64,000 nucleotides of DNA from Deltaproteobacteria bacterium (GTDB lineage Bacteria > Myxococcota_A > Polyangia > Polyangiales > Houyiibacteriaceae), in the NCBI GenBank assembly GCA_034670305.1, contig JAXMNT010000001.1, forward strand, positions 224,001 to 288,000. Reading direction: 5' to 3'. A model generated the notes under the pieces. It did not search any database. It was given only the letters and a program-made list of their open reading frames with translations, and had not been told where the DNA came from. Below, in pieces: positions 8,700 through 17,376 of the stretch (position 1 is the stretch's first letter; each line of letters opens with the position of its first letter). The translations under genes and the position numbers were made by a program.

Positions 8700-10265
8700 T
8701 CAGCGGCCTGCGGGCAAGAGCAACGCGAACTCGACGACCACCGGCTGCTCTGCGCATTCGAGGTGGTAGTTGCCGATCGGCAGCGTGACCGGATCGCCTT
8801 CGTCCGGATCCATCGTGTCGGCGCCGTTGCCATCGATGTCCATGAACCCGAGCAGCTGGTACCGGCCGGTCGGCAGCTCGGTGTCGATGAGGTACTCGGT
8901 GCCTTCGCCGGCGACCGTGGCATCCACGTCCTCGAAGAAGAAGTTGGCCACGGCGACCGCGCCTTCTCTCGGCCCCGCGATGGTCACGTCTTCGGCCCGA
9001 AAGACGCTGCCGTGCACGTCGCCCCGCAGTGGGTCGGTCAGCAGATCGCTCCCGCGCACCGTGTCGGAGGCATCGAACCGAACCCGCAACTTGCCGCGAA
9101 GGGAGTCGATGCTGCCGACCTCAGCGCAGCTCGTCTCGACCGGGTCGAGCATCTCCGGGATGATCACCTCGCCTTGGTACGGGAGCGGGTCGACATCGCG
9201 CAGACGATGTCGTGGCGACTCGACCGCGTAGGCGATCTGGAAGATGCCCGCCTGCCCCTGCGCGATCACGCGCACCACGCCGCCGCCGTCCGGGTCGTCG
9301 TAGTGAAACGGCACCGTCCAAGGAGACGAGGAGCCGGCGGCCACCGCTTCCTGGTCGGTCATGTTGCGGACCATGCGGAACACACTCTCGCGAAACTGCT
9401 GTCCGGCGATGAGCGAGGCCGGCGCGCGGGCGAACGCGACGCGGCGCTCGTCGAGCGCGACGATCTCGAACGCCACGTCGATGAGCCGGTCTTCGAGCTG
9501 GGGCGTGACGGTGAGCCGCAACCAGTCGTGCGGCCGAAGGTGGAAGTCGTGAAAGTTCTGCGCGGCGCCTTCGGTGACGCCGTACGCGCGCTTCGAGAAG
9601 AAGTCGAACTCGTCGCGGCTGAGTTCGAACCAGACCGTGCCGGCGAGTGTCTCGTACGGTTCGCCACTGAACGCGGGTACGTTGACGAAGGCAGGATCGA
9701 GTGAGGTGCGGGTCGCATGCGTGTTGAGCTCGAGCCAGCTCTCGCCGTTGTCGAACCGCACGACGATCGTGAGTTGGCCGCCCTGCACGCTCTGGGTCCG
9801 GTACTCGAGTTGAAACGGCGACATGCCGCCCGGCTCTTCGGCTTCGACGGCGGCGGCCCGCGTGAGCGCGGCGCGCACCGCTTCGATGTAGAGCGCCCCA
9901 TGTTGGAAGGAGGCGGGAACGCGAAGGACGGTGCGGCGTTCGTCGCTGCCGACGAGCTGCATGTCGAGCTCGAGCGTGGTCTGTTCGGCGGTTCGCAGAT
10001 CGGGAATCGAGTTCAGGAAGAGTCCGGGCTGAATCTCCTCGTCGACCAGGAGGTCGCCCGCCTGTGCTTGGGCGCCGAACAAACGCCCCAGCAGCTCTTC
10101 GGCGCGGCCGACTGAATCGAGCGGCATGGACACGCCGAGTCCGACCCACTCGACCGGTTCGGAGCGCGGTCGTTCCTCGCCCGCCGGCGCAACCGAGGCA
10201 CCGGGTTCGGAACACGCGGCCAGAGCGCACACCAACGCCCACACTGTTGTCCCCCGACGCGTCAT
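8700..10265 (-). CDS. Uncharacterised lipoprotein with an internal domain duplication and a C-terminal Ig-like domain
   Basis: MTRRGTTVWALVCALAAC lipobox; two related units containing DERR..PAS; C-terminal GRYQLLGFMDIDGNG; ends 7 nt before the next gene. Confidence 0.8.
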   Translation of the reverse strand: MTRRGTTVWALVCALAACSEPGASVAPAGEERPRSEPVEWVGLGVSMPLDSVGRAEELLGRLFGAQAQAGDLLVDEEIQPGLFLNSIPDLRTAEQTTLELDMQLVGSDERRTVLRVPASFQHGALYIEAVRAALTRAAAVEAEEPGGMSPFQLEYRTQSVQGGQLTIVVRFDNGESWLELNTHATRTSLDPAFVNVPAFSGEPYETLAGTVWFELSRDEFDFFSKRAYGVTEGAAQNFHDFHLRPHDWLRLTVTPQLEDRLIDVAFEIVALDERRVAFARAPASLIAGQQFRESVFRMVRNMTDQEAVAAGSSSPWTVPFHYDDPDGGGVVRVIAQGQAGIFQIAYAVESPRHRLRDVDPLPYQGEVIIPEMLDPVETSCAEVGSIDSLRGKLRVRFDASDTVRGSDLLTDPLRGDVHGSVFRAEDVTIAGPREGAVAVANFFFEDVDATVAGEGTEYLIDTELPTGRYQLLGFMDIDGNGADTMDPDEGDPVTLPIGNYHLECAEQPVVVEFALLLPAGR

Positions 10266-10390
10266 GGGCCAAGTCTCGATCTTCTCAGGCCGTGCTGGCG
10301 TGACCACCATCACAGGGCACTGTTTTTCATGCGAGTCGCGTTCGCGGAATCGATCCTTCGCACCCGCGGCTGCCGCGGTATGGTCACTTC

Positions 10391-11098
10391 ATGAAGGAGT
10401 TTCCGCCCGCCCTCCCACACGGCCCCATCGAAGAAGTGTTTCCGAACGTCTTCGTCGTGCGTGGCTCCATCAAGATGGCGCCGCTCGTGACCGTCTGCCG
10501 CAACATGATCGTGGTCCGCGACGGCACCGAGTTGACGCTCTACAACGCGGTACGTCTGAGCGAAACTGGCGAGAAGGAACTGCTGGCACTCGGCGAGGTG
10601 ACGCATCTCGGCCGCATCGGTGCGTTTCACACCATCGACGAGCCCTACTACATGGACCGGTTCAAGCCGACCTACTGGGCGCAGGAAGGCCAGCGCAAAC
10701 TCGCTGGTGCGTGCGAGAACATCAGCGAAGGCGACGCGGCGCCCGGCGGCGGCACGTTCTTCGAGTTCCGCGACATCACGTGGCCCGAGTCCGCCGTGTT
10801 GCTCTCGAAGCATGGGGGCGTGCTCATCACCTGCGACTCGGTCCAGAACTTCGTGGACCTGACCGGCTGCTCGCCGGTTGGCAAGTTCGTCACCAAGATG
10901 ATGGGCTTTCAGCACCCGAGCCACGTCGGCAAACCGTGGCGCAAGGAGATGGGCAAGAGCCACGGCGTGGGCGCGCTGCGCGCCAACTTCGAACGGTTGC
11001 TCGAGAAGGACTTCAGCCACCTCGCCAGCGGTCACGGTCCGGTCTCGCGCGACCACGCGAAGACGAACCTCGCCAAGACGCTCGCCCGCGTGTTCTGA
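10391..11098 (+). CDS. Hypothetical protein, MBL-like fold (DUF4336-like)
   Basis: HGPIEEVFPNVFVVRG, RNMIVVRDG.ELTLYNAVRL, ITCDS, SGHG. Confidence 0.7.
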   Translation: MKEFPPALPHGPIEEVFPNVFVVRGSIKMAPLVTVCRNMIVVRDGTELTLYNAVRLSETGEKELLALGEVTHLGRIGAFHTIDEPYYMDRFKPTYWAQEGQRKLAGACENISEGDAAPGGGTFFEFRDITWPESAVLLSKHGGVLITCDSVQNFVDLTGCSPVGKFVTKMMGFQHPSHVGKPWRKEMGKSHGVGALRANFERLLEKDFSHLASGHGPVSRDHAKTNLAKTLARVF

Positions 11099-11147
11099 CG
11101 GATCGCCGCCACCGGTCTGCGCGAACTCTCGACCCCAGGTCGCGAAC

Positions 11148-12629
11148 TCAGGCTGCTTTGGCGGCTTCGGCGGTTTCCGGTTCGGGCGCCGGCGTGTGCT
11201 TCTTGGGTTTGGCGTTCCACACGCGGGTCGCGAGCAGGAAACCCACGAGGGCGACTGGGATCATCGCGCCGGGCCACATGTTCCAGTTGGCCGGATCGGC
11301 CGCGACTTCGGGCGTCACTTCGTTGTTCGGGAGCAAGTAGAAGTACGTGAGCGACATCAGGCCGGTGCCGAGGTAGACGAAGCCGTCGATGATGCCGACC
11401 GCGGTGCCGACGTTTTTCTTGCCGCCGAAGTCCATGCTCGCCGTGCCGCTCAGCATGCCGTGCACACCGATGACGCACATCGACATGGCGACCACGAGCC
11501 AGCCGACCACCGACGTGTCGTACGTGAAGTAGAGCAGCACCGCGCCGAGGAAGAGGGCGCCGTAGAGGATCGCCGCGACCGGCCCGCGCCGCGACTGAAA
11601 CACGCGGTCGCTGATGACGCCGGCCACGACGCCACCGAGGATGCCCGCCGCGCACAAGAAGACGCCCCAGCGGTTGCTCACCATGCCGTCGCGCAAGTGC
11701 AGGATCGCGTCGGTCTGCTTCGCGAAGGTCGGGTACCACTGCATGATCGCCTGGCGGAGAAAGCCGCTGCAGAACTCGATCATCGCGATGGTGAGGATGA
11801 TGGGGTTGGTCAGCATCTTCTTGAAGATCGTGACGACCGGCAGGCGCGGTCCGTCGTCGCCACTGGAAGCGTCGGCGGTGTCGAAGTCCTCGTGGCCTGC
11901 GTCGCCGGGGGTGTTCTTCACGCTGAAGATGACGACGCACACGCACAGGGCGAGAATCGCGGCGGGCACACCGAACACCCACACGAGGCCAAACGTCTCG
12001 CGGACGAACTTGCCGCCGTCGAACGCAAAAAAGACACCGAGCGAAATCAACACCCCGAAGATGGCACCGAACACGCCGCGTTCGCGGACGTGGAACCACG
12101 GCGCGTTCACCTTCACGATCGCGACCGCGCCGAAGCTCTGGAAGTACATGTTGAGCGCGTAGAGGATCGTGAAGACGAAGGTCATCTGCTGCGCGATCGG
12201 GCTGTTCGGATCCGCGGTGACCTGCATCGTCACGATGGCCATCGCGGCGTTCGCGAGGAGCGAACCGATCGCGCCGACCAGGATCGCCGCCTTGCCGCCG
12301 AAACGGTCGGTGAGCGGGCCGTTGATCACGAACGCGATCCCGTAGACGACGGTCCCGTAGCCGAAGATCTCAGAGAAATCGGCGTTGCTCATCAAGCTGT
12401 GGCCGGCTGCGTCGCGCAGCTCCTCGAAGGCGCTCTGGCTGACCTTGAGGTTGTAGCGGCCCATGTAGAGGAACGCGTAGGTCAGACCGAGCGGAAGCCA
12501 GTTCCAGATGCGCCGCCGCCGGAACGCATCGGAATGCCCCAGCTCGATGCGGGGGAGCCGACCGATGACGAACGCAATCACGAGAAGCAACCCAGCCAGG
12601 GGTGCGATTTGTTCGATCAAGTACTCCAC
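11148..12629 (-). CDS. MFS transporter, GlpT/UhpT organophosphate:Pi antiporter family
   Basis: YAFLYMGRYN, GPLTDRFG, WFHVRERG, SDRVFQSRRGP, GTAVGIIDGFVYLG. Confidence 0.9.
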   Translation of the reverse strand: MEYLIEQIAPLAGLLLVIAFVIGRLPRIELGHSDAFRRRRIWNWLPLGLTYAFLYMGRYNLKVSQSAFEELRDAAGHSLMSNADFSEIFGYGTVVYGIAFVINGPLTDRFGGKAAILVGAIGSLLANAAMAIVTMQVTADPNSPIAQQMTFVFTILYALNMYFQSFGAVAIVKVNAPWFHVRERGVFGAIFGVLISLGVFFAFDGGKFVRETFGLVWVFGVPAAILALCVCVVIFSVKNTPGDAGHEDFDTADASSGDDGPRLPVVTIFKKMLTNPIILTIAMIEFCSGFLRQAIMQWYPTFAKQTDAILHLRDGMVSNRWGVFLCAAGILGGVVAGVISDRVFQSRRGPVAAILYGALFLGAVLLYFTYDTSVVGWLVVAMSMCVIGVHGMLSGTASMDFGGKKNVGTAVGIIDGFVYLGTGLMSLTYFYLLPNNEVTPEVAADPANWNMWPGAMIPVALVGFLLATRVWNAKPKKHTPAPEPETAEAAKAA

Positions 12630-12799
12630 GGGGCGGCTATCGCACGCACCGTGGACAGTGTCATCCCCTCACGCGACCTCGGGTTGGGGTGGGGATGGCC
12701 GTGACACCGGGTTCCGATCGTCAAATGTGGTTCACACCGTCGTTCGGAAAACCCCGTGAATATTTGGGTGGTACGGATGGTGCTAAGGTGAACGCCGTC

Positions 12800-13402
12800 A
12801 TGCAGAAGACCCGATCGATGCGCTTTGCCCTCCTCCTTCCCGCCTTGGCCATGGGCTGCGCCCCGGCCTACGTGGCCGAGCCTGCGGGGACCACCACCAC
12901 CCGCCAGGTCGTCGTGTCGGGGCCACAGCAAGCGCAGGCGCAAACCCTGTTCACCATGACGAACCTGCGGCCCAACACCCGCGGCGTGATCTCCAGTGTG
13001 GCCTACACCCATGTGCGCGGGGGCGTGTTGCCCATGTGTACGCCGGTTCGCATCGACCGGATTCGAGGCCGAGAGATCCGCTTCACCAGCCTGAACGACA
13101 ACCGCCGTTTCCGGTACATCCTGCACCGCTCGGCGCGCTCGGGCGTCCAGGCGCACCAGCAGCGGTACTTCGGCACGAGCTGCCCCAACATGGCGCAGAT
13201 GTCGCCCGAAGATCAGAGCGGCATCCAGAACGCCGCGGTGTACCAGGGCATGACGAAACAGGGCGTGATCGCCGCGATCGGCTACCCGCCCGAACACGTC
13301 ACGCCCTCGCTGGAGGGCGACATCTGGGGCTACTGGGCCGGTCGCATGCGCCGTTTCGAAGTGCACTTCATGAACGGCCGCGTCAGCGGAATGAGCCAGT
13401 AG
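12800..13402 (+). CDS. Lipoprotein with SmpA/OmlA (BamE-like) C-terminal domain
   Basis: Lipobox AMGC; GMTKQGVIAAIGYPP..WGYW...VHF.NGRV. Start is 12800 or 12818. Confidence 0.75.
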   Translation: MQKTRSMRFALLLPALAMGCAPAYVAEPAGTTTTRQVVVSGPQQAQAQTLFTMTNLRPNTRGVISSVAYTHVRGGVLPMCTPVRIDRIRGREIRFTSLNDNRRFRYILHRSARSGVQAHQQRYFGTSCPNMAQMSPEDQSGIQNAAVYQGMTKQGVIAAIGYPPEHVTPSLEGDIWGYWAGRMRRFEVHFMNGRVSGMSQ

Positions 13403-13447
13403 AAATTCCCGCTCGCGCGGGAGGCCTTCCCCGCCTACCGTCACGGG

Positions 13448-13831
13448 GTGGGACAGGTGCTCTACCAGAGCGAGTACTACGTGCTCGAGAAGCGCCCGGA
13501 TGCGATCCACCTTGAGCGCACGTCGACGCCGTTCCCCGACCTCGGCGTGCTCGAGTCCGAGAGCCATGCGGTCTGCGCCGTGCTCGATCCGTACCGCCAC
13601 ACGGCGATGTTGATGGACCTGCGAAGGGCGGTGGGACGCAACGACCCCGAGTTCGAGACCAAGATGAAAGTCCTGCGTCCGAACCTCACGCGCGGGTTTC
13701 CACGCGTCGCGATCGTGGTGAGCAGCGTGATCGGACGCATGCACGTCCAGCGACACATGCGCGAAGACCGTGTCTCGGCGCTCGTGACGTTGGACGAAAC
13801 CGAAGCGCTTCAGTACGTGTCGAAGAGGTAG
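13448..13831 (+). CDS. Small STAS/SpoIIAA-like domain protein (myxobacterial family)
   Basis: MLMDLRRAVGRNDPEFE; RVAIVVSSVIGRMHVQR; DETEALQYV. Confidence 0.7.
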   Translation: MGQVLYQSEYYVLEKRPDAIHLERTSTPFPDLGVLESESHAVCAVLDPYRHTAMLMDLRRAVGRNDPEFETKMKVLRPNLTRGFPRVAIVVSSVIGRMHVQRHMREDRVSALVTLDETEALQYVSKR

Positions 13832-13835
13832 TCGG

Positions 13836-15083
13836 ATGGACGACGACCTCCCGCTGCCCGATCTCCCTCCGCTGGCAGACGTCGGTGAACTCGATCTGCC
13901 CGCTTCCCCGCCGAGCCCCCGCCGCGCGTCCACCGGGCCGGCCGCGCTTCGAACCGAGGATCTGCTCGGGCTCGATGTCGACGACCCGAATGGCGAACGG
14001 TTCGACGTGTGGCTGACCCACGTCGCCGACACCCGCGACGCCAGCACCGTGTTGTGTCGCGCACTCGGTATCGACGAACGCACCGCCGACGGCATCCTTC
14101 GGCAGCTGCCCTACGTGGTGCGGCGCAGCGTGGGTTCGGCCTCGGCGCTCGCGCTCGAGCAGTCACTTCGGGCGAGCGGTGCGGGCGTCGAAGTGCGTCC
14201 GGTCGGCGGCACCGATCCACACTCGGCCGCCAAAGCCGCCATCGCGTCTCAGAACACGCCCAGCCAACTTCCGCCCGACGCGGTCGCCAAGCTCCAGGCC
14301 ATCGGTGCACCGCGCGCGATCGTGGGTGTGGCCGCCGGCGGTCGGCGCGGACAGGTGCCCGAGATGCCGTCGCCCGAGCTCGATCGGGGGTTCTGGCCGC
14401 GGTTCGTCGCGTGTCTCCTCGTCCCAGTGCAGCAGTTCGGGTTCGTGTGGATCGGCGGCCTGGCGATGACCCTCATGATGGTCGGCATATCGCGCATGTT
14501 CTGTTTCGGGATCTTCCTCGTGCCGCTCGTTGCGTCGGCCTACCTCGGGGGGCTCGCGACCTTCTTTGGGCAGTGCGCGCAGGCGGGATTGGAGGACGAC
14601 CGGCCGCAGTTCCACTTGCCCGATCACAACGACGTGGTGCTCCGGGGACTCGTGATGGTCGTGCTCACGTTCGCCCTCAGCATCTTGCCCTTTGCGGCAC
14701 TCCACCGCGGCTTGCCGTCGGTGTTGGTGTACGTGCTCGGGTTGATTCCGTACATCTACTGGCCGATGGCGCTCGCGGCGGTGGGTCTGTCGGGACGGCT
14801 CCTCGCGCTCTTCGATGTGCGGTTCGTGGGCCAGGCCATCTTCGCAGGCGGGGTGCCCTACTTGGCGATCGTCGGGTTCGGCTGGGCGGCCTACGGCGTG
14901 GTCACGTTGGGCTTCGAGTGGTCGCAGGGACACCCGTTCTCGATGCTGGTGGCGGTGGGCCTCTTCGTGGTGTCGATCGGCTACGTCGCGGGCGCCCAGG
15001 GCGCGCTCATCGGTCGGCTGATCGCCACGAGGCGCGCGCGCTTCACGGGATTTCTTCCGGGGGAAGAGTCGGCTCTGCTTTGA
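13836..15083 (+). CDS. Membrane protein: L7/L12-CTD-like domain plus DUF4013-like multi-TM domain
   Basis: FDVWLTH...LPYVVRRSV...ALEQSLRASGAGVEVR, then about 6 hydrophobic helices. Confidence 0.75.
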   Translation: MDDDLPLPDLPPLADVGELDLPASPPSPRRASTGPAALRTEDLLGLDVDDPNGERFDVWLTHVADTRDASTVLCRALGIDERTADGILRQLPYVVRRSVGSASALALEQSLRASGAGVEVRPVGGTDPHSAAKAAIASQNTPSQLPPDAVAKLQAIGAPRAIVGVAAGGRRGQVPEMPSPELDRGFWPRFVACLLVPVQQFGFVWIGGLAMTLMMVGISRMFCFGIFLVPLVASAYLGGLATFFGQCAQAGLEDDRPQFHLPDHNDVVLRGLVMVVLTFALSILPFAALHRGLPSVLVYVLGLIPYIYWPMALAAVGLSGRLLALFDVRFVGQAIFAGGVPYLAIVGFGWAAYGVVTLGFEWSQGHPFSMLVAVGLFVVSIGYVAGAQGALIGRLIATRRARFTGFLPGEESALL

Positions 15084-15447
15084 TGGCGAGCGCGAGCGGC
15101 GCCGCGGCCAGCAGGGGTGCGGTCGCACACAGCGCACCGAGCCAAAACGGAAGCGGCGCGATGCCGGCCACCCCACACAGCACGGCTGCCCACCGGCCGC
15201 GCCGCCGCTTGGCCGCGACCGCACCGAGCCCTCCGAACAACGCGGACACGCCGAGCGCCATGGCTGCGTAGCGGCGCGTGCTCGAGCTCACTTCGAGGGT
15301 GTCCGCTTGGTGCGCCCACCGGCTGTGGCTGTCGCGCATGCGGCTGACGCCTTCGTACTCGGCGTAGGCGCCGCCCACCTGGAACAGCCCCGTCAGCCCG
15401 CTGGCGACGGCGCCCAGGGTGGCCAGAACCAATACCGCGATGCGCAC
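15043..15447 (-). CDS. Small membrane protein
   Basis: About 4 hydrophobic segments; follows moaA on the same strand; 3' end overlaps the convergent gene. Confidence 0.6.
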   Translation of the reverse strand: MRIAVLVLATLGAVASGLTGLFQVGGAYAEYEGVSRMRDSHSRWAHQADTLEVSSSTRRYAAMALGVSALFGGLGAVAAKRRRGRWAAVLCGVAGIAPLPFWLGALCATAPLLAAAPLALAIKAEPTLPPEEIP

Positions 15448-15503
15448 GGGATGGACCTAGCGCCAGACCGACGCGAGGCAAAGCCGAAGTTGCGGCGACG
15501 GCG

Positions 15504-16574
15504 CTAGCCGCCGATGAGACTCATGCCGACGTGTTCGTGTTCGAGCACGTGGTCGTCGAGAAAGAAGTGGCCCTCTGCTTTGCCGGTGAGGGACCACTGC
15601 GTCGCCCATGCGATGTCTTCGTCGTTGCCCCCTTCGCGAAGCACGTCGCGAAGGCTGACCGCGCGGCGCGACGCGAGGCAGGCGCGGAGCTCGCCTTGGG
15701 CGGTGACGCGCACCCGGTTGCAGGTGCCGCAGAATTCGTTGCTCAGCGGCGTGATGAACCCGACCCGCCCGCCGTCGCCCTCGAGGTAGCGTGCAGGTCC
15801 ATGGTTCGCGCGGTGGTCTTCCGGGTCTTGGGCGAGACCACGTCCGAGCTGGGCGATCACTTCGCCGGCCGGGACCCGCGCGTCGAGTCCGAGTTTGGCG
15901 CCTTCGCCGAGCGGCATCAGTTCGATGAACCGCGGGGTGAACCCATGGGCCCAGGCCCAGTCGACGATGCGTCCGGCTTCGTGGTCGGTGCGACCGCGCA
16001 CGAGCACGACGTTGATCTTCACTTCGAGCCCCGCCGCGTCCGCCGCCATGACTCCGCGGAGCACCTGCGCCAGATCGCCGCCGCGCGTCATCGAAGCGAA
16101 GGTGTCGGGGTCGAGGGAGTCGAGCGAGATGTTCACGCCCCGCAGTCCTGCATCCACGAGCGGGACCGCCAACGCTTCCAGTTGGGTGGCGTTGGTGGTC
16201 ATCACCACCTTCGCGCCGGTGGCTGCCACGTGCCGGACGAGATCCACCACGTCCTTGCGGATCAGCGGCTCTCCGCCCGTCAATCGGACGCGTTCGATCC
16301 CCATCGCCGAGAACACCCGGACGATGCGGGCGGCTTCTTCGAACGTCAGGAGCTCCTTGCGCAGCCCGTGTTCGATTTCCCCTCCCGGCGGCATGCAGTA
16401 CACGCACGCGAGGTCGCAGCGATCGGTGACGCTGAGGCGCAGGTAGGAGATCGTCCGGCCCTGGGCATCGACCAGCGGTCCGGTGCGAAACCCCTCGGGT
16501 CTCGGGGGCAACGTCTGCAGCGACGCACGACGGCTCTCGAGAACGGGCAAACGCACACCCGCTTCATACACCAT
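15504..16574 (-). CDS. moaA: GTP 3',8-cyclase (molybdopterin biosynthesis)
   Basis: YLRLSVTDRCDLACVYCMP (radical SAM); LTGGEPL; FCGTCNRVR...RACL; C-terminal MSLIGG. Confidence 0.95.
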   Translation of the reverse strand: MVYEAGVRLPVLESRRASLQTLPPRPEGFRTGPLVDAQGRTISYLRLSVTDRCDLACVYCMPPGGEIEHGLRKELLTFEEAARIVRVFSAMGIERVRLTGGEPLIRKDVVDLVRHVAATGAKVVMTTNATQLEALAVPLVDAGLRGVNISLDSLDPDTFASMTRGGDLAQVLRGVMAADAAGLEVKINVVLVRGRTDHEAGRIVDWAWAHGFTPRFIELMPLGEGAKLGLDARVPAGEVIAQLGRGLAQDPEDHRANHGPARYLEGDGGRVGFITPLSNEFCGTCNRVRVTAQGELRACLASRRAVSLRDVLREGGNDEDIAWATQWSLTGKAEGHFFLDDHVLEHEHVGMSLIGG

Positions 16575-16672
16575 CGAGACCCCATGGGCCCGCGGAGCCG
16601 TCGCTGTCAGCAGTGGCTGACAGGCCTGGCAGCCACAGAACGCTTTCCCCAGTGATCACGGCCGATCCGGGA

Positions 16673-16688
16673 TGGCACGCGGCTTGTA
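16673..16688 (+). promoter_or_regulatory. Putative sigma54 promoter TGGCACG-CGGC-TTGTA
   Basis: Perfect -24 box and one mismatch in the -12 box; 60 bp upstream of the ATG at 16748. Confidence 0.6.
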
Positions 16689-16747
16689 ATGGAGGGGCTC
16701 GAACCCACGGTCGAGCGAGTCGCCGACCTCAACCCAAGAGAAACACC

Positions 16748-17194
16748 ATGAACAAAATCGGCACCATGAACCCGCACCTCGTCTGGCTCTTCGCACTCGG
16801 CGCGACCTTGCTCGGACTCGCCAGCGGCTACGTCACCCAGAACGCGGGCACCGCGATCTCCAGCGCTGTCTACTTCGGCATCTTCTCCGTCTCGGCGTTC
16901 GGTGCGATGGCCCTGACCCGCGCCAAGGCCTTGGCCGGCGTCGGCGCATTCACCGTTGCGGCGTTGCTCTCCGGCGGCGCGTACTACTTCATCGTCGCCG
17001 CCGCCACGGCGGAAGCGGCGGGCGCACTCGGCGCAGGCGGCGAAGGCGTCGGCGCGATGGGCGCGGTCATGGGCGGCTTCGTCGCCGTCGTCGTGGCGCT
17101 CGGCACCTTCATCGCCGGCATCACCGGTGTGGTCGCGGGCAAGAAGTTCCGCACGAAGGCCCTCGAAGGAGGACCGATCGGCGCGACCGCCTGA
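16748..17194 (+). CDS. Gly/Ala-rich small membrane protein
   Basis: Four hydrophobic helices; good codon usage; hairpin downstream at 17210-17250. Confidence 0.8.
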   Translation: MNKIGTMNPHLVWLFALGATLLGLASGYVTQNAGTAISSAVYFGIFSVSAFGAMALTRAKALAGVGAFTVAALLSGGAYYFIVAAATAEAAGALGAGGEGVGAMGAVMGGFVAVVVALGTFIAGITGVVAGKKFRTKALEGGPIGATA

Positions 17195-17271
17195 GCGAGA
17201 CACATTCTACGACGACTGCGGCGCGTTCCTTCGGGGCGCGCCGTTCGTCGTTTGGAGGGGGCTGCTGCGAC

Positions 17272-17364
17272 GAAGACAGAACACAGAAGACAGAACACAG
17301 AACGCAGAACACAGAACACAGAACACAGGGGCAAGGGCAAGGGCAAGGGCACGGGCAAGGGCAA
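17272..17364. repeat. Tandem array: 8 x 7-mer (GAACACA-like) then 6 x GGGCAA-like
   Basis: Counted directly; lies between convergent genes. Confidence 0.9.
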
Positions 17365-17376
17365 CTGACCCTCGGG

